Below, one piece after another: positions 57,985 to 64,000 of a DNA stretch of 64,000 bases. A program made the translations under genes and the position numbers. The stretch is from assembly GCA_050740455.1 (NCBI GenBank), contig JBOIDF010000001.1, forward strand, positions 2,839 through 66,838, in the 5' to 3' direction. The DNA is from Gammaproteobacteria bacterium (lineage in GTDB: Bacteria > Pseudomonadota > Gammaproteobacteria > JACCXJ01). Each line of letters opens with the position of its first letter. Positions within the stretch are counted from its first letter, which is position 1. The notes under the pieces were generated by a model that saw only the letters and a list, made by a program, of their open reading frames with translations, was not told where the DNA came from and did not search any database.

Positions 57985-58916
57985 ATGCCGGTCAGTCAGA
58001 TCATCGATTATTTCAATGACCAGATGCGGGTCGCGCCTATGCGCTTCCTGCCCGAGGATCCGATTCGTTCGCGCTACGGGGCGGTCGAGGGGTATTTCGG
58101 ACCGCTGCGGCTGACGAGCGTGTTTCAGCCCCTCGTCGCGATCGCCTCCAGCGGGCGCCTCGCCGTCGGCCATCAAGCCTATTTGCGCGCGTTCGGTGCG
58201 AACCACGCGGCGCTACCGGCGCCCGAGGTCTTTGCGAGCGCCCGCGAAGCGGCGGCGATCGTATATCTGGATCGGCTGTGCCGCACGGTGCATATGCTCA
58301 ATTTTCTACGCCAGGCGAACGAGGATGGCTGCTTATTTCTACACGTGCACGCCCGCCATATCCTGGCGGTCCCCCATGATCATGGCGAGTACTTCGAAGG
58401 TCTCTTGCACCGCTGCGGCCTGACCCCGGAGCGCATCGTGATCCAGGTCGGTCCGCCGAGCATAGCGAACGCCGATGAACGCCGCCGAACGCAAGCCGCG
58501 CTAAGAAACTACCGGCGGCGCGGCTATCGCCTAGCTTTGAACGTCACCTCCGGCGTCCACAGGGGAAATATTCTCGAACACGTCTCGGAGCTCCAACCGG
58601 ATTACGTGCGACTCGACCGCACTTGCCTGGCGATGGGGACAGTCAGGCCGCGTTGGCACGGGCTATGACCTTGATCGCTCTTCTCCACGAATCAGGAGTC
58701 AAGGTCATTGTCCATGGCCTTGAGATCACGGCGCAGGTTCGTGCCGCCAATGAATACGGGGTGGATGTAGCCGCGGGAGATCACTTCGGCCGGCCGAGCC
58801 CTGATCTCAGCAATGGTGTCCTCGACCCGGTGGACGGCAGTCGTCCATTCGGAAGCCGCACAGCGGCCGGTACGGGGCCGTTTCGGGCGGGTGACGTATT
58901 CTTACGTTATGCATAA
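57985..58916 (+). pseudogene. EAL-domain protein with degenerate active-site motif, split by a frameshift near a GGGG run (~58635)
   Basis: Frame 1 carries the EAL N-half (..FQPLVAIASSGRLAVGHQAYLR.., ..GYRLALNVTSG..) and ends at TGA 58668. Frame 3 continues with ..LIALLHESGVKVIVHGLEITAQVRAANEYGVDVAAGDHFGRP. Confidence 0.55.
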
Positions 58917-59260
58917 TAGTTATTTATAGCTATAAGCAATCGTCTGCTAGATTACGCAACATGGCGCCGTTCCCCGAGTTTCTTTTTTACTGAATCTACG
59001 CGCTCTGGCTGCTCAGCACAATTACCGGCCGGTGCACGCGGACCCAGCCGACCTGAAGCGCTTTCAGGAGGTCAAGCGCATCACCGTGGACGAGTAAGTT
59101 CGGCGGATGGACGCAGGCCACGCATTTCGGCGCAGTCGGCGTTTTGGACCGGTTGCATGGCACGCGAATAGGACCCCTCCAATGACCCGCCATATCGTCC
59201 GCTCGATCGCGTGGGCGCAACTGGCTATGGGTCTGCCCCTGCTCTGATCGTTCCTGGACC

Positions 59261-60163
59261 ATGCGCCCATCAATTATGAAGATGCGGCCGTCTCCCAGCC
59301 GTTCCCCGATCCCGGGGTTCGGACTGACGCTGGGCTACACGATGATCTACCTCAGCCTGATCGTGCTGGTCCCGCTCGCTGGGGTTTTTGTCAAAGCGGC
59401 CGGGCTCGGTCTTGACGGCCTCTGGCCGATTCTCGGTTCGCCTCGTGTACTGTCGGCGCTGAAGCTTTCCTTCGGAACGGCGCTGATCGCGGCGGCCATC
59501 AACCTGGTCTTCGGCATGCTCGTGGCCTGGGTATTCGTGCGCTACGAGTTTCCGGGCAAGCGGCTGTTCGATGCGACGATTGATCTGCCTTTCGCGCTGC
59601 CGACCGCGGTCGCCGGCATCGCCCTGACTGCGCTCTACGCGGGCAACGGCTGGGTCGGCCCGTTTCTGGAACCGCTGGGCATCAAGGTGGCCTACACGCC
59701 GCTCGGCATCGTCGTCGCGCTGACCTTCGTCGGCCTGCCGTTCGTGGTGCGCACGGTGGAGCCGGTGCTGAGGGACGCCGAGAAGGAACTGGAGGAGGCT
59801 GCCGCCTCGCTCGGCGCTACGCGCTGGCAAACGGTGAGCCGCGTCGTTTTTCCGGCCATCCTGCCCGCGCTCTTGACCGGCTTCACGCTGGCCTTCGCGC
59901 GCGGAGTCGGCGAATACGGATCGGTGATCTTCATCGCCGGCAATCTGCCGCATGTGTCCGAGATCGCGCCGCTGCTCATTGTCATCAAGCTGGAGGAGTA
60001 TAGCTATGCGGGCGCCACCGCGGTGGCGGCAGCCATGCTGGTCATTTCCTTTGCCATGTTGCTGGTCATCAATGCGCTGCAGGCGTGGACCAACCGCCAC
60101 CGGACGCAGCGCCATGTCGAACCTGCACTGCCTCATCCTGTACTTCAGGGAGCCGGAGCATGA
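59261..60163 (+). CDS. cysT: Sulfate ABC transporter permease CysT (CysU)
   Basis: ..[24 protein letters not shown].. parallels E. coli CysT. Start is uncertain (alternative ATGs at 59276 and 59282). Confidence 0.85.
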   Translation: MRPSIMKMRPSPSRSPIPGFGLTLGYTMIYLSLIVLVPLAGVFVKAAGLGLDGLWPILGSPRVLSALKLSFGTALIAAAINLVFGMLVAWVFVRYEFPGKRLFDATIDLPFALPTAVAGIALTALYAGNGWVGPFLEPLGIKVAYTPLGIVVALTFVGLPFVVRTVEPVLRDAEKELEEAAASLGATRWQTVSRVVFPAILPALLTGFTLAFARGVGEYGSVIFIAGNLPHVSEIAPLLIVIKLEEYSYAGATAVAAAMLVISFAMLLVINALQAWTNRHRTQRHVEPALPHPVLQGAGA

Positions 60164-61065
60164 GTCCCCGGATCGACCACTCACTGCTCGATCCGATCCG
60201 GCTCCCCTTCGAGCCGCTGCTACAGCGCAATGCCGTGATCACCGAGCAGCCTTGGGTCCGTTGGTTACTGACGGCCGGCGCGCTCGCCTTCCTGATGGTG
60301 TTTCTTCTGCTTCCCCTGGTCGCTGTCTTTACGGAGGCCTTGCGCGGCGGCTTCAAGCTGTACTGGGAGTCCTTGAAAGAACCCGACGCACTGGTGGCGA
60401 TCCGGCTGACCCTCACCGTCGCCGCCATCGCGGTGCCGCTGAATCTCGTCTTCGGCGTGGCCGCGGCCTGGGCGGTTACCAAGTTCGAGTTCCGTGGCAA
60501 GTTCTTCCTTATCACCCTTATCGACCTGCCGTTTTCGGTGTCGCCGGTGGTCTCCGGGCTGATCTACGTGTTGATGTTCGGCGCGCAGGGCTGGTTCGGT
60601 CCTTGGCTGGCCGCGCACGACATCCACATCATCTTCGCCGTGCCGGGTATTGTGCTGGCCACGGTGTTCGTGACCTTTCCCTTCATCGCGCGCGAGCTGA
60701 TCCCGCTGATGCAGGAGCAGGGCACGGACGACGAGCAGGCGGCGCTGTCCCTGGGCGCGAATGGCTGGCAGGCCTTCTGGCGGGTCACGGTGCCGAACAT
60801 TAAATGGGGCCTGCTGTACGGCCTGCTGCTGTGCAACGCCCGCGCCATGGGCGAGTTCGGTGCGGTCTCCGTGGTCAGCGGCCACATCCGCGGCGAGACC
60901 AATACCATGCCGCTGCACGTGGAAATCCTCTACAACGAATATAACTTCGCCGCGGCCTTCGCCGTGGCCTCGCTCTTGGCCGGGCTGGCCTTGATCACGC
61001 TTGCGCTGAAGTCCTTCCTCGAAGCACGGCACGGCGCCGAGCTTTCGGCCTCGCATCGTCATTAA
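60160..61065 (+). CDS. cysW: Sulfate ABC transporter permease CysW
   Basis: Start taken at [11 protein letters not shown]...; carries the EAA-loop permease fold. Confidence 0.85.
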   Translation: MSPRIDHSLLDPIRLPFEPLLQRNAVITEQPWVRWLLTAGALAFLMVFLLLPLVAVFTEALRGGFKLYWESLKEPDALVAIRLTLTVAAIAVPLNLVFGVAAAWAVTKFEFRGKFFLITLIDLPFSVSPVVSGLIYVLMFGAQGWFGPWLAAHDIHIIFAVPGIVLATVFVTFPFIARELIPLMQEQGTDDEQAALSLGANGWQAFWRVTVPNIKWGLLYGLLLCNARAMGEFGAVSVVSGHIRGETNTMPLHVEILYNEYNFAAAFAVASLLAGLALITLALKSFLEARHGAELSASHRH

Positions 61066-61076
61066 CGAAGCCACTC

Positions 61077-62207
61077 ATGGACATTCGAATCCGCCACATC
61101 CACAAAAGCTTCACCGGCTTTCCCGCGCTCGTGGACGTCAATCTCGACATCCGGTCGGGCGAGTTGATCGCGCTCTTGGGTCCGTCCGGCTCCGGCAAGA
61201 CGACGCTGCTGCGCGTCATCGCCGGGCTTGAATTTCCGGACTACGGGGAGATTCTTTTCGGCGCCGAGGACATGGCGCGCAAGCCCGTGCGTGAGCGCCG
61301 CGTCGGCTTGGTGTTCCAGCACTACGCGCTGTTCAAGCATATGAGCGTGCTGGACAACATCGCCTTCGGTCTGCGCGTGCAGCCGAGGTTCTTGCGGCCC
61401 GGTGAAGCCCAGATCCGCCGCAAGGCGGTCGAGCTGCTGGACCTGGTGCAGCTCGGCGGCCTGGAGCGCCGCTACCCGCACCAGCTGTCCGGCGGCCAGA
61501 AACAGCGGGTGGCGCTGGCCCGCGCTCTGGCGATCGAACCGCGCGTGCTGCTCTTGGACGAACCGTTCGGCGCGCTCGACGCCAAGGTGCGCAAGGACCT
61601 GCGCCGCTGGCTGCGCGAGCTGCACGACCGGACCGGCTACACGACCGTGTTCGTCACCCACGACCAGGAAGAGGCGCTGGAATTGGCCGACCGGGTGGTG
61701 ATCATGAACCGTGGGTGCCTCGAGCAGGTCGGCACGGTGGACGAAGTGTACGAGCACCCGCGCACGCCGTTCGTCTTCGACTTCCTGGGCGGCACCAACG
61801 TGCTCGACGCCGAAGTGCGCGGACGCAAGGTGTTCCTGCGCGGCGCCGAGCAGCCGCTGGTGACCGACATCATCCATCCCGACGGCCCAGCCGATCTCTA
61901 CGTGCGCCCCGGCGACCTGCGCCTTGCGGACCCGGGCTGGCACGGCATCGAGGTGCGCGTAAGCACCGTTCAACGCACCGGGCCTATCGTGCGCGCCAGC
62001 GCCGAAGTATTGGCCAACGGCACCAGCGTCAGCGTCGAACTGCCTCATCTGCACCACGACGCAGCCAGGTTCCAGGCGGGCGCCACGCTGCGGCTGAGGA
62101 TGATGCAGTTCTGCGTTTACCCCCGAGCCGTTGCGGCGCATGCGCACCCGATTACGGATTCTCGGGAACCAACCGCCGCCGAATCGCAAGAGCGCACCCG
62201 CGTCTAG
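61077..62207 (+). CDS. cysA: Sulfate/thiosulfate import ATP-binding protein CysA
   Basis: ..[12 protein letters not shown].., ..[15 protein letters not shown].., and a C-terminal TOBE-like regulatory domain. Confidence 0.9.
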   Translation: MDIRIRHIHKSFTGFPALVDVNLDIRSGELIALLGPSGSGKTTLLRVIAGLEFPDYGEILFGAEDMARKPVRERRVGLVFQHYALFKHMSVLDNIAFGLRVQPRFLRPGEAQIRRKAVELLDLVQLGGLERRYPHQLSGGQKQRVALARALAIEPRVLLLDEPFGALDAKVRKDLRRWLRELHDRTGYTTVFVTHDQEEALELADRVVIMNRGCLEQVGTVDEVYEHPRTPFVFDFLGGTNVLDAEVRGRKVFLRGAEQPLVTDIIHPDGPADLYVRPGDLRLADPGWHGIEVRVSTVQRTGPIVRASAEVLANGTSVSVELPHLHHDAARFQAGATLRLRMMQFCVYPRAVAAHAHPITDSREPTAAESQERTRV

Positions 62208-62336
62208 TGACGCCTTCGGAGCGCTCGATGATCGCCACGACATCCTTGACACGGCGGCGCCGGTGGCGCCCGACAAATCCGAGCCTGCTTATCGATGAGC
62301 GGTAGGAGGATCGAGCCCGGAACCCAAGCGTCAAGT

Positions 62337-63254
62337 TCACGCGCCCGAACGTTGCGCGGCAATCATCGTGATGTCATCGTATTGCGGGGCCGAGCCTTGG
62401 TAATCGGTCAGGGCCTTCAGCAACCCATCGCACATCGCTTGAGCGGGCACACCCGTGTGCGCACGCAGCGCCGCTTGCAAGCGATCGACGCCGAACGCGT
62501 GCTCGCGCGCATCCACCGTGTCGGTGATGCCGTCGGTGTAGAGAAACAGGGTACCGCTTTGGGGAATGATCATCGTTGCCTCATCGAATCGGGGATCATC
62601 AATGATTCCCAGGGGTTGCCCGGAGCCTTGGGGCATGAGCTCGGCCTGGCCCGCCGCATCGATGAGGATCGGTAGCTCGTGCCCCGCGCGGGCATAGTCG
62701 AAGCGCCCGCTATGGATATCCAGCACTCCGTAGAGAACCGTGACGAAGAGCCCCGTGTCGCCCATCTCCAGCAGATGACGGTTGACCCGGCGCAGGGTCT
62801 CGCCGGGCGCCTCGAATCGGCTTGCCTCGGCGCGCCACAGCGCGCGCGCCTGGGCCATGAAAATCGCCGCGGGCACTCCCTTGCCGGTCACATCGCCCAC
62901 GACGGCGCCGATTGCCTGATCGCTCAAAGCTATGAAGTCTAAGAAATCGCCGCCCACCGCGCGCGCCGGGGCCATGCGCATTCCGAAATTGAACGCCGGG
63001 GAGCGCGGCACTGCCTTGGGAAGAATGCCTATCTGGATCTCGTGCGCGAGCTGGAGCTCGCGCTCTAATTTCTCCTTCTCGATGATTTGGCTTTGCGCGG
63101 CTTTCAGACTTTCGTAAGCCTCGGCGAGCCGGCGGTTCTTTTCCGGGCTGAACGTTTCACCAGACTCAAACGCCATGCAAGCCATTAGATGATTGGCGTC
63201 CGTGCCGAGTGTCCGCGCCACTTCACGCACCCGGTTGCGAAATTCCTCCGGCAC
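62337..63254 (-). CDS. PP2C-family (SpoIIE/RsbU-like) serine phosphatase
   Basis: ..GGDFLDF.., ..GDVTGKGVPAAIFMA.., ..LYTDGITD.. motifs. Confidence 0.75.
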   Translation of the reverse strand: MPEEFRNRVREVARTLGTDANHLMACMAFESGETFSPEKNRRLAEAYESLKAAQSQIIEKEKLERELQLAHEIQIGILPKAVPRSPAFNFGMRMAPARAVGGDFLDFIALSDQAIGAVVGDVTGKGVPAAIFMAQARALWRAEASRFEAPGETLRRVNRHLLEMGDTGLFVTVLYGVLDIHSGRFDYARAGHELPILIDAAGQAELMPQGSGQPLGIIDDPRFDEATMIIPQSGTLFLYTDGITDTVDAREHAFGVDRLQAALRAHTGVPAQAMCDGLLKALTDYQGSAPQYDDITMIAAQRSGA

Positions 63255-63330
63255 CTTTCGACCCCCATGCCAGCATCGGTCCTCCTCGGTTCGTATTCGA
63301 TTCTTAAGGGCCTCGCCATGGGCGAGAAGA

Positions 63331-64000
63331 TCATACAGGCGATCGATGCAATGTGGGAGACTTGAGCCCGGATGTGGCTGGAATCACCGGCGTCTGCGAG
63401 CGCACATCGAGGTTTTGCGCGCGGTGCCGCAGCATGTGGTCCATCAAGACCAGCGCCAGCATGGCCTCGGCGATAGGCGTCGCGCGGATCCCAACACAGG
63501 GATCATGGCGGCCGAGGGTGACGACTTCGGCGGGGTTACCGAGGATATCGATCGAACGGCCCGGCAAGCGCAGGCTCGAGGTCGGTTTAAGCGCGATGCC
63601 GACGACGATATCCTGGCCGGAGGAGATACCGCCAAGGATCCCGCCCGCGTGGTTGCTGAGAAATCCTTCAGGCGTCATCTCGTCGCGGTGTTCGGTCCCC
63701 TTTTGGGTCACGCTCGCAAACCCGGCGCCGATGTCCACACCCTTGACGGCATTAATGCCCATCATGGCCTTGGCGATGTCGGCATCGAGCCGATCGAAGA
63801 CCGGTTCTCCGAGACCCGGCGGTACGCCGGTGGCGACCACGTTGACGCGCGCGCCAATGGAGTTACCTGCCTTGCGCAAGGCGTCCATGTAGGCTTCTAG
63901 CTCCGGGACCCGATCCGGATCGGGACAGAAAAAGGGATTCTGGTCTGCGGCCTCCCAGTCTCGCAGCTCGATGCGGTGGGACCCGAGCTGCGCGAGATAG
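63331..64000 (-). CDS. aroC: Chorismate synthase, C-terminal part; N-terminus lies beyond the window end
   Basis: ..[47 protein letters not shown]... The reading frame continues open to base 64000. Confidence 0.85.
   Translation of the reverse strand, partial: YLAQLGSHRIELRDWEAADQNPFFCPDPDRVPELEAYMDALRKAGNSIGARVNVVATGVPPGLGEPVFDRLDADIAKAMMGINAVKGVDIGAGFASVTQKGTEHRDEMTPEGFLSNHAGGILGGISSGQDIVVGIALKPTSSLRLPGRSIDILGNPAEVVTLGRHDPCVGIRATPIAEAMLALVLMDHMLRHRAQNLDVRSQTPVIPATSGLKSPTLHRSPV

Noticed and set aside
58996-59262. 88-aa (-) ORF upstream of cysT
   Set aside because: It has no RBS, sits in the cysT leader and is antisense to it, and has a weak profile.
59270-60184. 304-aa minus-strand ORF antisense to cysT
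   Set aside because: Low-complexity Arg/Gln/Asp-rich translation opposite a conserved permease.
61062-62276. 404-aa minus-strand ORF antisense to cysA
   Set aside because: The same antisense artefact; cysA motifs are unambiguous on the plus strand.
63193-63900. 235-aa (+) ORF
   Set aside because: Antisense to the well-conserved chorismate synthase.
1-64000. CRISPR arrays, rRNA, integrase/transposase genes
   Set aside because: I scanned for regularly spaced direct repeats, 16S/23S-like sequence and DDE/tyrosine-recombinase motifs and found none. The only repeats are the two intercistronic families and the 78-bp duplication.

Overview
This is a high-GC (roughly 65%) proteobacterial chromosomal window. 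Its backbone is gammaproteobacterial in style (leuS-lptE-holA, kdsD-kdsC-lptC-lptA-lptB, lolCD, cysTWA), and TusA, GcvH-like, persulfide-dioxygenase-like and sulfate-uptake genes hint at a sulfur-metabolising lineage. No rRNA, tRNA or CRISPR was seen.

The first ~9 kb is a visibly lower-GC (about 50%) glycan-tailoring island: an AsnB-like amidotransferase 3' fragment, a sulfotransferase, two CE4/NodB-like deacetylase-domain proteins and three SAM methyltransferases. It abuts a high-GC pglC/D/E/F-like module for a 2,4-diacetamido-trideoxyhexose-type initiating sugar. At the junction sits a higBA module whose toxin is frameshifted.

Next comes a repeat-rich hotspot (14.5-18 kb). It holds an ETHE1-like MBL-fold gene, three tiny coiled-coil/TM genes, a 78-bp direct duplication of the MBL gene 3' end, and an intact brnTA pair.

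The remainder encodes, in order:
- a Tat-signal amidohydrolase, then leuS, lptE, holA
- lptB, lptA, lptC, kdsC, kdsD
- an amgK/murU-like pair and a patatin-like lipase
- a 4-gene Csu-type chaperone-usher pilus
- lolCD, a DUF2062 protein, comEC, a Uma2 endonuclease and a rhomboid protease
- a five-gene cluster of a small ORF, a C39-like peptidase, an RLAN-RimK ATP-grasp, a GCS2 ligase and an N-formylglutamate amidohydrolase, which is the best candidate for an undescribed peptide/amide-ligase system
- an MltD-like transglycosylase and a 1023-aa PBP-like protein
- TusA, a Mo-carrier/SLOG-like protein, a standalone GcvH-like protein and Tpx
- a sulfate-uptake locus: YezD-like ORF, OprO/P porin, sbp, mop, a frameshifted degenerate EAL gene, then cysTWA
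- a PP2C phosphatase and an aroC fragment

Two intercistronic repeat families were found. One is an ERIC/Correia-like MITE of about 144 bp with terminal inverted repeats. The other is a ~135-bp three-hairpin element. All copies are co-oriented with local transcription, including inside the essential leuS-lptE-holA and kdsDC-lptCAB operons.
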